This document shows positions 25,708 to 37,229 of a DNA stretch of 44,247 bases, in pieces (the stretch's first letter is position 1; each line of letters begins with the position of its first letter). The position numbers were made by a program, and so were the translations under genes. The notes under the pieces are model-generated. The model did no database searches. It was not told the DNA's origin and saw only the letters and a list, made by a program, of their open reading frames with translations. The stretch covers positions 1 to 44,247 of the forward strand of contig NIVC01001421.1 in assembly GCA_002269645.1 (NCBI GenBank), in the 5' to 3' direction. The DNA comes from Macrostomum lignano. Taxonomy: Eukaryota.

Positions 25708-28700
25708 ATGGGACAATGGGCAATGGGGTGGGCAATGGGACCGCTTTCTCGTAGCGCCCCCGAGCACATGGATCCCCCATGTGGCGAAGTGTCCCTCCTT
25801 CCCCGGACAGCACGTACGAAGAGCAACGATTACGACAACGGCCCACCCGATCAGCGGGAAAGCGGGAACCTCGATCACGTCCTCCGCCTACGGGGCGGCA
25901 GCGACCCCCCGTCTAAAGGAAGCAGACACGGCAACCGTCGCAACAGGCGCCATGCTAAAGCACTGGAAGAGCTCCTTATCCTACAGTTCAACTGTAACGG
26001 CATTAGAGCCAGGACTCCGGAACTAACCAGGTGGCTGGATACGCTTCGCCCTGCGGCAGTCCTTCTGCAAGAGACAAAACTAACGCCGGACACGAGCTAC
26101 ACCGCCCCGAGCGGCTATAGTGTAGCAGCCCGTGCCGACGGCAGCAACAAAATTGACATTTTCCCAGGCTCAGACGCCACCGAGAGCGCAACAGAAACTG
26201 CCACCGCCACCCGGCCATTCCAGCCCGGCGCCACGTGCACCGCCCGCACTTTCCCGCGAAGGCCACGGTGCCGTCTACGCTGGCCTGATGACAGAACTGA
26301 CTGGTGTAAAGGCTGCAGATCATCCCGATCGGCTTGCACCCGGCGCAATGAGCCATGGCCAGACGCGAAGGCCCAAATCGGCGCGGACAACCACAATAAA
26401 ACCCAAAAAAATAACAACGCGCAATCCGGACCTGACCGCCACACGGCCACGACGCAACCAAACGATACAACCGGAGCGACGTCGGGACCCCTCGGCAAAA
26501 ACACCACTGAAAAGCCGAAAAACATAAACTTGCAACCCGGTCTCGACACCGCCTCCACATGGCTGTGCGCAGCCTGCAACAATATCATTACCAAACGCCA
26601 GACTAGCCTCCGCTGCAACCAGTGCTGGAACTGGCTACACCTGAAATGTAGCGGCCTCAAGCGCAGTAAAGACTGGAACGACGAATACATCGGAAGCTGC
26701 TGCTCGACACCACAAGATGCGAGCCGATCCAGCACACCGTCAACATTGCCCAAGTCTACACCTAAAGATCCAGTAACGGTCAGACCAGCCAACCCGTCGA
26801 CCCCACCGCAACGCCGCTCCAAGAGAGCCGGTCGGGGAGGCGCCCTCATCATGGTCAGAAACGATATCAACTTCACCACCCTGCCCGACCAATCCAAAGC
26901 CGCACTTGATATTGCTGCGTGCACTCTCCACCTCAAAGGTCAAGGCGACCTCAACATCGCCAGTGTGTACGCTGCCCCTCACAGTGACCAACGCCAACAT
27001 GAAGCCTGGACTCCGGATCTCTCTTGTATACCGATAACGGGCAACACCATCATAGGCGGAGATTTCAATTGTCACGGTTACTGGGACCCTTTCCAGCCCG
27101 GAGATACCAGGGGCGCCGAACTGGAAACCTGGGCGAGTAATAACAACCTCAACATCTGCAACACCAGGAACTCTGCGACAAGACTCAACCCAGCGACGGG
27201 AGGCAAATCGGCACCGGACTGCACCTTGGCCCGAGGCCGTCCGAGCGCAGTTGTTTGCAGAACCTGGTCCACCGCTAAAGATCTTGGCTCCGATCATCTG
27301 CCTATCACCTTCTGCGTGCAAGCGCGTCGCCCTCATCGACAACAACGACAAGCGCAGTGGTCGTACAAGAAGGCGAATTGGCATATATTTAAAGAGACCC
27401 TTCAAAATCATGTCCAGGACGCGGCGGAATCCCCCGAAGCAGAACACAAACGTATCTGCAAAGCCATACTGCAAGCCGCCGCAGCAGCTATCCCGAAGGG
27501 AGCCCGGAACGGCGCGCAGAACATTTCGAGACCTTTCTGGAATGACGAATGCGACACAGCGCTACACAGAAATCAGCAAGCCCGCAAAAATGTCGAAACA
27601 GATGCATCCGACACAAACATGCAGGAACTCACGCAAGCGCGCACGTGCCTTCGCAATACCATTCACAACGCCAAAAAAGAATTCTGGTCGGAAACGTGTA
27701 AAGACATGAAGCTAGACACCAATCTCTACAGGACCCTCCGCAACATGAGAGGCGAAGCCAAACCACAAGCATCCAGCTCCACCATTAGTTATACCAACCC
27801 AACTTCTGGTAGGACTAAAGTGGCTATCACTAAAAAGAATAAGGCCGACCTCTTCATGCAAATTTACGCTAAAGAATCCCGGCTAGATAAGGGAGACAAC
27901 GACGAGGCTATAGTGAAAGAGGCTAACCGCATCCTCCGCAACTGCAGAGCTACCGCCACCAACCACGGCCCGGAATCAGACTTCACTATCGGCGAATTCC
28001 GTCACATAATCCGCAGACTAAAATCCGGTAAATGCCCTGGCCCTGACCAGGTCAGCAATGAGATGTTGAAACAGCTCCCCCTGGCCATGGAGCTTCAGAT
28101 CCTCAACCTTCTGAACAGAGTCTGGAAGGGTGACCAAGTCCCCACCGAATGGCGAAGAGCCACTATCATACCGATTCTTAAAAAGGACAAATCGCCAAGC
28201 TCACCGTCCTCGTACCGACCTATTGCCCTTACGAGCTCCATCTGCAAGGTCGGAGAGAAACTCGTACAGCAAAGACTTAACGCTTACCTCGAACGTGAAC
28301 ACAAACTGGCCCCAGAGCAGGCGGGCTTTCGCCAGGGCAGGAGCACCGAAGAGGTCCTCGCCCACACCTGCCAATCGATTTTTGATGGTTTTGAGGAACA
28401 ACCAGCGAAACGCTCTGCCATATGCCTACTCGACTTCAGCAAGGCCTATGACAGAGTATGGCGCGCTGCTCTGACTGTTAAGCTATACGAGCTCACGGTA
28501 CCTGCTAGATTCATCCTCTGGGTGCACAAATTCCTCAGAGACCGCCGCGCCAGGGTGAAATGGCAACAAACTATCAGCAGGGAAAGAGTCCTCGAGGAGG
28601 GCCTTCCACAAGGAAGCGTCATCGCCCCCACCCTGTGGACTACGTACGTCAACGACCTGCCGACGACCATAAAAAGGGCTAGCCCTGATTGTAAAATTAA

Positions 28701-30441
28701 CCTATACGCCGACGACAGCTCACTGCTAGCCACCAGCAGGAAGCTAACGGACTGCGCCGACATCCTGCAACCAGCCATTGATGCGGCCGCCGAATGGTGT
28801 AAGCGGTGGAAGGTCACCCTCAGCACCGAGAAATGCATCTACTCGACCTTCACTCTCTCGCCACAAGAGAACAACGGCAAAGTCCGACTCAACCTGCACA
28901 TTAACGGAGCCGAACTTAAATACGATCCGCACCCTCGACTCCTAGGCCTGACCCTTGACGATCAGCTAACCTTCAACAAGCATGGAGCCGAGGTAAAGGC
29001 CCGCATGGCCCGGCGCAGAGGCGCACTCACGGCCATTGCCCACCGCAACAGTGGAGCGGACCAAAACATCCTCCGCTCGGCCTATATCACCACTATCAGA
29101 GCGTGTGCAGACTACGGAAGCGGTATATGGCTAACCGGAGCAGCGCCTAGCACGCGACGCATGATCGAACAACAGCAGTCGATTTGCGCGCGGATGATCA
29201 CAGGCTGCTGCAGTACTACCCGCAACGAGACCACGCTCAACATCGCCAGGCTCCCCCCGATCGGCTCGATCGCCATAGAACGCGCGGCAATGCTTCGCGA
29301 GCGCATTCTTCGTCTCCCGCCGGACTGCCCGGCAGTGGATACCGCCGCCCGCTCGACGAGACCCCGCCTAAAAAATCGAAGCTATGACCCGCAAGACGAA
29401 CCGGGAAGCGGAATAGGAGCCCGAGACCGCGAACGGCCACACCGCGGATGCTGGAGGAGGGCCGCACGAGAACTCCCTGTTGTAGCAACGCTCGATGAAA
29501 TGGCGCGCGAGCAGATCATCATCGCCGCCCCCTGGGAAAGCGACACCAGCGCGGAAGTTATCTTCGACACAACGGCGAGTATGGTCAACCGCAAAGCCCC
29601 GGCAGAAGAACGCGCCAGAGCGGCCGACGCGGTCCTCAGAGCGGCCCAAGAGCTCGAGATCACGGCCTGGACGGACGGCTCCGCCAACGAAGGCTGCACC
29701 CACGGAGGGGGAGCGGCCGTGATCCACTATAATGGTACCACCACTGAGCACCTAGCACCGGCCGGGACATACTGCAGCAGCTACCAAGCAGAAATGACTG
29801 CTATCGCAACCGCCCTTCGTGCCTCGTTGGAGCTACACGCCGCCGCCAACAGTATAGCCATCCTCACTGACAGCCTCAGCGCCCTGTCGGCACTGGCCCG
29901 CGGCCCGGCCGGCCAGCGTAATGCTGCCGGGCACGCCTGCTGGGACACCATCGCGAGAGCCACCTACTCCAAGGTCTACTTCGGATGGGTACCTGGCCAC
30001 TGCCAGATTGCCGGCAACGAAGCGGCTGACAGAGCGGCGGCTACGGCAGCTACCCTCCCGCAGAGCGAAGCTGCCATCACGTTAGACTCCGCGAGGGCCG
30101 CTATCCGCCGCGATCGCCGACGCCGCGACGCAGAGCCTACCAACCAGCCGTCACCCACCGACACCACCCGCAATCGACGCGAGCAGGTGTTGGTTAATCA
30201 ACTCAGAGCGGGCGTCTCCACCATCTGCGCCGCCACCCGCCAACGTCTTGGTCTCCAAGAGGACGACAAGTGTAGTGACTGCGGCGCGGTGGACACGGCC
30301 GACCACCTCCTCCGCCGTTGCCCAAGAGGTGACGCCGCCAGAGCCCGCTACTTCGGCGTCGAGGACCCCCTATCGGCGCCGACAGGCCGGATCATCGCGT
30401 TCGTACGTGCTGTGGGGCGCCTGAGCCCCCGCCAATATTGA
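25708..30441 (+). CDS. Retrotransposon polyprotein, up to 1577 aa; true start may be a downstream in-frame ATG (25735 or 25768)
   Basis: APE: [33 protein letters not shown]: [37 protein letters not shown] (28705-28716). RNase H: WTDGS, AEM, TDSLSAL, WVPGH, GNEAAD. C-terminal CSDC..HLLRRC. Confidence 0.93.
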   Translation: MGQWAMGWAMGPLSRSAPEHMDPPCGEVSLLPRTARTKSNDYDNGPPDQRESGNLDHVLRLRGGSDPPSKGSRHGNRRNRRHAKALEELLILQFNCNGIRARTPELTRWLDTLRPAAVLLQETKLTPDTSYTAPSGYSVAARADGSNKIDIFPGSDATESATETATATRPFQPGATCTARTFPRRPRCRLRWPDDRTDWCKGCRSSRSACTRRNEPWPDAKAQIGADNHNKTQKNNNAQSGPDRHTATTQPNDTTGATSGPLGKNTTEKPKNINLQPGLDTASTWLCAACNNIITKRQTSLRCNQCWNWLHLKCSGLKRSKDWNDEYIGSCCSTPQDASRSSTPSTLPKSTPKDPVTVRPANPSTPPQRRSKRAGRGGALIMVRNDINFTTLPDQSKAALDIAACTLHLKGQGDLNIASVYAAPHSDQRQHEAWTPDLSCIPITGNTIIGGDFNCHGYWDPFQPGDTRGAELETWASNNNLNICNTRNSATRLNPATGGKSAPDCTLARGRPSAVVCRTWSTAKDLGSDHLPITFCVQARRPHRQQRQAQWSYKKANWHIFKETLQNHVQDAAESPEAEHKRICKAILQAAAAAIPKGARNGAQNISRPFWNDECDTALHRNQQARKNVETDASDTNMQELTQARTCLRNTIHNAKKEFWSETCKDMKLDTNLYRTLRNMRGEAKPQASSSTISYTNPTSGRTKVAITKKNKADLFMQIYAKESRLDKGDNDEAIVKEANRILRNCRATATNHGPESDFTIGEFRHIIRRLKSGKCPGPDQVSNEMLKQLPLAMELQILNLLNRVWKGDQVPTEWRRATIIPILKKDKSPSSPSSYRPIALTSSICKVGEKLVQQRLNAYLEREHKLAPEQAGFRQGRSTEEVLAHTCQSIFDGFEEQPAKRSAICLLDFSKAYDRVWRAALTVKLYELTVPARFILWVHKFLRDRRARVKWQQTISRERVLEEGLPQGSVIAPTLWTTYVNDLPTTIKRASPDCKINLYADDSSLLATSRKLTDCADILQPAIDAAAEWCKRWKVTLSTEKCIYSTFTLSPQENNGKVRLNLHINGAELKYDPHPRLLGLTLDDQLTFNKHGAEVKARMARRRGALTAIAHRNSGADQNILRSAYITTIRACADYGSGIWLTGAAPSTRRMIEQQQSICARMITGCCSTTRNETTLNIARLPPIGSIAIERAAMLRERILRLPPDCPAVDTAARSTRPRLKNRSYDPQDEPGSGIGARDRERPHRGCWRRAARELPVVATLDEMAREQIIIAAPWESDTSAEVIFDTTASMVNRKAPAEERARAADAVLRAAQELEITAWTDGSANEGCTHGGGAAVIHYNGTTTEHLAPAGTYCSSYQAEMTAIATALRASLELHAAANSIAILTDSLSALSALARGPAGQRNAAGHACWDTIARATYSKVYFGWVPGHCQIAGNEAADRAAATAATLPQSEAAITLDSARAAIRRDRRRRDAEPTNQPSPTDTTRNRREQVLVNQLRAGVSTICAATRQRLGLQEDDKCSDCGAVDTADHLLRRCPRGDAARARYFGVEDPLSAPTGRIIAFVRAVGRLSPRQY
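25727..25795 (+). ncRNA. HDV-like self-cleaving ribozyme (predicted) at the retrotransposon 5' end
   Basis: Hand fold: P2 GGGAC(25737-41)/GTCCC(25791-95); P3 GCT/AGC with L3 TTCTCGT; P1 G(T)GGGC/GCCCCC with one mismatch; P1.1 TC/GA; P4 CACATGG/CCATGTG; J4/2 GCGAA with the catalytic-position C at 25785. Confidence 0.75.
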
Positions 30442-30490
30442 CGCCGAAGCGTCAACGGCGTGCCGGGAAACAGAAGAAGAAGAAGAAGAA

Positions 30491-30680
30491 GCAGAGACAG
30501 CAGCACAGACAGCAGCACAGACAGCAGCACAGACAGCAGCAGAGACAGCAGCACAGACAGCAGCAGAGACAGCAGCAGAGACAGCAGCACAGACAGCAGC
30601 AGAGACAGCAGCACAGACAGCAGCAGAGACAGCATCAGAGACAGCAGCAGATACAGCAGCAGCAACAACAACAGCATCAG
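30491..30680. repeat. 12-bp CAG-rich minisatellite, right part (remnant Gln-rich tail of scramblase B)
   Basis: Same units as 23270-25707. One frame reads [22 protein letters not shown]. Confidence 0.9.
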
Positions 30681-31381
30681 AAACAGCCGGATCTGAAAAA
30701 GAAGCTGTAGCAACAGCAACGGAAAAAGCAACAGCATTCACCGCTTCAGAAACAAGCAACAGCAACTGCCGTGTCGTCTGTACCAGCATTAGTGTGGCAA
30801 TTGTTCCAACTGAAGTTGGAGTGTTACAAAAAAATATGGTGAAAACTAATCTTTCCTATGTAGAAATATACTGCTTCTACGTTTGCACTGTTGCTAATGT
30901 CGAGCCATTTCTTTCGTATTGCGTACGCACCCATTTACCAATGTTCACCAATTAAGGAAACCACAAGGAAATTATTCATGCAAAACGCTTATGAGTAAAA
31001 TTTTATCAATTGCTTTTTGATTGAAGTCTTAACTGATATGATATGTTTGTCCATACTGGTAGACTGACGATAGTAAACTTCTTTTTGTAACTTCAGCTAG
31101 AAAAGCTTTTCTACCTTGCTCCTACGCTAAATGAAACACTACGCTGCATGGCTTTTAGTACAGAAATTTTCTCTTCCCCTCCCCCTGGCTAGGCTGTACT
31201 GTTTCCTGGTGTCATAGCAACCTGGTGGGTTCAGAGCTGCATGTATGGGGAGAGAAATTGAATCTGACATGCAAAATGCTCGCCCAATTCTCCAGCCAAG
31301 ACTTGACTCTACGAGCGTATTTTACATATCAAAAGTGTCAGCCGTTCAAGAGAAAAATTTTCAAAGTTGAGTACTTTGAAA

Positions 31382-33345
31382 ATGAGTCGCATTGAGCCAG
31401 AACCACCGGCGTATCCGGGACTGCAAGGGCAGCATCCGTTGCCTCTAGATGGTGCACCAGAGCCTAGTCATCGCGATAGACTGGAGAACCTGCTGACTTT
31501 AGAAACGGTGCTACTGCAGCAGAAAAAGGATATCATGTCAAGTGAGTAGCAATATTATTTTATTACAAACCAAGATAAGTACCTTCTGGCATTTGGCAAC
31601 AAAACTAATGCATGTATCTTGTCATTCACTTTCCGCTTCAACTTGCAGCCCTAACTGGAGTTCGATTACCGAACTCGTACTCGTTGAAGACGGTTAACGA
31701 CGAGCAGATTTTCTTCTTAAAAGAGAGTAGGCAGTTGGTGGCTTCAAAAAGTTGATTTAGAACCAGAGAGACTACTTAATGAGCGGCTGATAAAAATCAA
31801 TTTAAGATTCAAGCGACTACCAGAATTTGGGCATGCTCGACGTCATCGAGCCTTCACTGTCGGCGCAGTGGACTCTACCGGCAGGGAGGCGGCGGTGTTT
31901 GTGAGGAAGCCAAAATCGACCAACTGCATCGGATGCTGCGCCTGTGGCGAAAAGTACATGGACGACATCACTGTAGAGTCGCCGCCAGGTCAAGCGGTGG
32001 GTCAGATCAAGCAGGTGTACAGCTGCAGCGGCTTTAGGTACATGATCAATGACGCCAATGGCGAGGCAGTGTTTCGCATCGACGGTTTGGACTACTGCAT
32101 CTGCTGCCCGGGCTCTAAACCGTTGGAGTTTCCGGTGACCTCAGCTGAAGGATCCGGGGCGCAGGTGGCCTCAATTACCAAGACGCTGAACACCGGCATG
32201 CAGCGTTTAATGGTGCCTGGAGCGGAAACTTTCACCATCAACATGCCGAAGGATTTGCACCTGAACATGAAGCTCACCCTGATTGGAGCGTGCATTCTTT
32301 TTGTGAGTCGGGATGAATTTACCTGAGAGTAGACCGACCTGTAGGAGTCTAAAAAAAATCTAGCACAGCAAATAGTATTGATTCAGAAGAATTTGTCAGG
32401 GTTGAAAGCCCAGCCTTAAATACGGTTCGTAGAGGACAGTGTTGGCAACCCCAATTAATTTGATCGGTCGAAATCGCTGTCTTCCTCGATCGGGTATTTT
32501 TTCTGGAGTACTAAACGATTCACTGAATCTGGGAGGCCATGGAATTGGAATGGCCGGTCTCCGTCACTCTGAGCAGGACCTACATGTAGGTAATTAATTT
32601 GTCTATGTTACAAGCAGTACCATGGCAGCGATTCGTAGAGCAGTAATTTGTGATTTGTTGTGTCAGACATCCTCACCATTCCTTAAAACCTCCGCAGGAC
32701 TTCATGTACTTTGATCTACAACCTATGGGTGCTGGCCAGAATCGCCGTCGAAATCAAATGATGATGCAGGATCAGATGGCTCTGAATATTCAGCAGCAGC
32801 AATTGCAAATCAACGCTCAGAATCAGTATCCACACCCAAATGGGCAACAACCTCATGCTCCGCCGCCTCAGAACCAGTACACACACCCCAATGAGCAGCA
32901 GCTTCATGCTCCGCCGCCTCAGAACCAGTACACACACCCTAATGAGCAGCAGCTTCATGCTCCGCCGCCTCAGAACCAGTACACACACCCTAATGAGCAG
33001 CAGCTTCATGCCCCGCCGCCTCAGAACCAGTACACACACCCTAATGAGCAGCAGCTTCATGCCCCGCCGCCTCAGAACCAGTACACACACCCTAATGAGC
33101 AGCAGCTTCATGGCCCGCCGCCTCAGAACCAGTACACACACCCTAATGAGCAGCAGCTTCATGCCCCGCCGCCTCAGAACCAGTACACACACCCTAATGA
33201 GCAGCAGCTTCATGCTCCGCCGCCTCAGAACCAGTACACACACCCTAATGAGCAGCAGCTTCATGCCCCGCCGCCTCATAACGGGTACACACACACACTA
33301 ATGAGCAGCAGCAGAAGCAGCACGATGAAACAGCCAATGAAATGA
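31382..33345 (+). CDS. Phospholipid scramblase-like paralog C (exons 31382-31541, 31649-31726, ~31767 or 31814-32302, 32698-33345)
   Basis: LENLLTLETVLLQQKK; NSYSLK..EQIFFLKE; RAFTVGAVDSTGRE; Cys cluster CIGCCAC; ITVESPPGQAVGQIKQ; AETFTINMPKDL..MKLTLIGACILF|DFMYFD. Canonical GT/AG sites. The exon 2/3 junction phase is ambiguous. The tail holds ~9 copies of a 51-bp repeat. Confidence 0.82.
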
Positions 33346-33725
33346 TGTTCTGACCGAACTAACTGAATCGAAAAAAACTGTGCAAATTCGTTGGTAATCG
33401 TTTAGCGCCAATGCTTCGACACACGCTTGTGTTAAATCCTCTTATTTATGAGCCGCGTTCTCGGCCTATCTATCTATCAGAAATATAAAGCTATGAGATT
33501 AATAAAACAAGAAAAGTTGATCCCAACATTTGTTCAAATTGAAGGACGCTTTTCGCTCTTCATAGAGCATCGCCAATGTGTAGCTTTTTGACTGTTTATG
33601 TATCACCGTAGAGGTACTCGTAGATTTTAACCACAACCTGACAATCGATGTTTGAACTTGTAGATGGACAACTTGGCAGTTCCCCTGCTTAGCGGGCACA
33701 ACATAGCAAAACCCCAATCAGAGGA

Positions 33726-34121
33726 ACCCCAGTCAGTGCAATCCCAGTCAGTGCAATCCCAGTCAGTGCAATCCCAGTCAGTGCAATCCCAGTCAGTGCA
33801 ATCCCAGTCAGTTGCAATCCCAGTCAGTGCAATCCCAGTCAGTGCAATCCCAGTCAGTGCAATCCCAGTCAGTGCAATCCCAGTCAGTGCAATCCCAGTC
33901 AGTGCAATCCCAGTCAGTGCAATCCCAGTCAGTGCAATCCCAGTCAGTGCAATCCCAGTCAGTGCAATCCCAGTCAGTGCAATCCCAGTCAGTGCAATCC
34001 CAGTCAGTGCAATCCCAGTCAGTGCAATCCCAGTCAGTGCAATCCCAGTCAGTGCAATCCCAGTCAGTGCAATCCCAGTCAGTGCAATCCCAGTCAGTGC
34101 AATCCCAGTCAGTGCAATCCC
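33726..34121. repeat. 15-bp minisatellite (CAGTCAGTGCAATCC), ~26 copies
   Basis: Near-perfect array with a single 1-nt insertion at ~33812. Confidence 0.95.
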
Positions 34122-34680
34122 CGTTAAATCTATAAATGACAACAGCCTTTACAGATCTAGGAATAGGCCAACAAAAGTTGAATAAATTAGCTAGCGCTAC
34201 TATGTACATTCAAGTGTATGTACACACAGAGTGTACATAGCCACTTATTTTCAACCCGCAGCTGTCCTTTCTGCCCCCACCCTACATACCCCTGATTGGC
34301 TCTGGACCAAATTAGATAGAGTGCAGAAGGGGTTGAGGGACGTCAAAGGTTGGTGTATGACCTTCAGTGTGGCCTCAACCTTTGATTTGTTTATTATTTG
34401 CAAGTGCAGTGCCATTTTATGTCTGTGAAGTAAGTGTTATTGATGATCATGTAAACAAGATTACGCTTAGTGACATCACCGTAACCTCGTGCTCTTGTCA
34501 AGACCCCTACTGTTTAAGTTTTTAGCACCAGACCGATACGAATCGAAAAATAGAATTTCATTGACACAATTGATTAAAAGTCCAATGTGCATGGAAATTC
34601 CGTTGAAAACGTTTATAAATAACTTTGTGTGGTGTGTGGCTACCCCAAAATCTAGAACTCTGTGTTTAGGTACCTGAGCC

Positions 34681-36285
<1,605 letters not shown>

Positions 36286-36863
36286 TGCTGGGTTTAGGGT
36301 TAGAGTTAGGGTTGCAATTTTTCAAGGTGAACTTTGTGTTTTAACTCTGTTTCAATATCGCCATTTTAATTTGAATTATACCGGTCAGTTTAAACTACAA
36401 ATATACTTCGAAAAAATGGTGTTATTCACTCCGCACTAGACTCACGGCATTTCACTGACTTTCACTGACCGCATTTGGAAGCCGTGTATTGCTGCCGTTT
36501 AAACTGAATAAATTCTCAATGTATATTATAGGGCGTTGGCTATCGCACACAGACCGTTGAGATTAGGGCTGAAGTTTTGAATTTCGAGAATAACTAGAGA
36601 AAGAGAAAGAGAGAGAGAGAAAGGTTGTGAGTCCCTGGTGTTGATTGCGCTCAAAAGTAATGTACACCGAATTCAGCCAACAGCAGATAAGACCGCTGTA
36701 GGGCGAGCGATCTAAGACCTTTGAGCTATACTTAAGATCCACGTGAGATAGCGCAAGAGATCTGACCAATTCAGTTGACAAGAGCCGTCAAAAATTTCTG
36801 CTTTTTGAGCAAAGAGAAAAAGCTGAAAATTAGCTGAAAGAAGACAGCAGCTGCAGCAGTGAG

Positions 36864-37139
36864 ATGGCCGACACCACCGCGCCACCAGGAGTGACCAGCC
36901 CGGGCCCGACCCAGTTCGTGCTGGCCACACCCGAGAGAGTCATTGTGGTGGTCTTCATCGGGATCGCCCTGGCAGCACTGTCACTGGTTACCTGCGCCAT
37001 CACGCACCTGAGGCGGACCGCGCTGGCCAATAAGTTGCGCTGTCCTGGCAAGGGCCAGCCCTACACTGTCAATCCGCCGAATAAGGAGGCACCGCCGGAT
37101 GAAGAGGCGGCAGCTGGGACTGCAGATGGCAGGGTCTGA
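36864..37139 (+). CDS. Putative 91-aa single-pass membrane microprotein
   Basis: Strong-context ATG (GAGATGG), a ~21-aa hydrophobic stretch VIVVVFIGIALAALSLVTCAI followed by basic HLRR, GC-rich ORF within AT-rich flanks, and AATAAA at 37192-37197. No family recognised. Confidence 0.55.
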   Translation: MADTTAPPGVTSPGPTQFVLATPERVIVVVFIGIALAALSLVTCAITHLRRTALANKLRCPGKGQPYTVNPPNKEAPPDEEAAAGTADGRV

Positions 37140-37229
37140 GTTCAGGAGAGTCGAGGGCCTCTGTGCTGTTTGCTTTGATTGTTTTATTGTCAATAAAACT
37201 GTCCTTTTTATGTCCTAGTTGTCCCTGAT

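Larger units (their letters stand above)
25708..30491 (+). mobile_element. Full-length Ingi/I-group non-LTR retrotransposon (single ORF: APE, RT, RNase H, CCHC) inserted in the 12-bp array
   Basis: Intact 4.7-kb ORF, short 3' UTR with a hairpin, and a (GAA)6 tail at 30472-30491. Flanked on both sides by the same array. Candidate TSD CAGAGACA (25700-25707 / 30492-30499) is not separable from the array. The clade call rests on domain architecture only. Confidence 0.9.

Noticed and set aside
23332-25846. Minus-strand Leu/Ser or Ala/Val repeat ORFs
   Set aside because: Antisense readings of the 12-bp array.
25800-25980. 2A StopGo peptide in the retrotransposon leader
   Set aside because: No DxExNPGP motif is present (DYDNGPP does not fit). 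LRLRGG occupies the region instead.
25781-30173. Many short alternative-frame and antisense ORFs inside the retrotransposon
   Set aside because: Expected shadows of a GC-rich long ORF, with no recognisable motifs.
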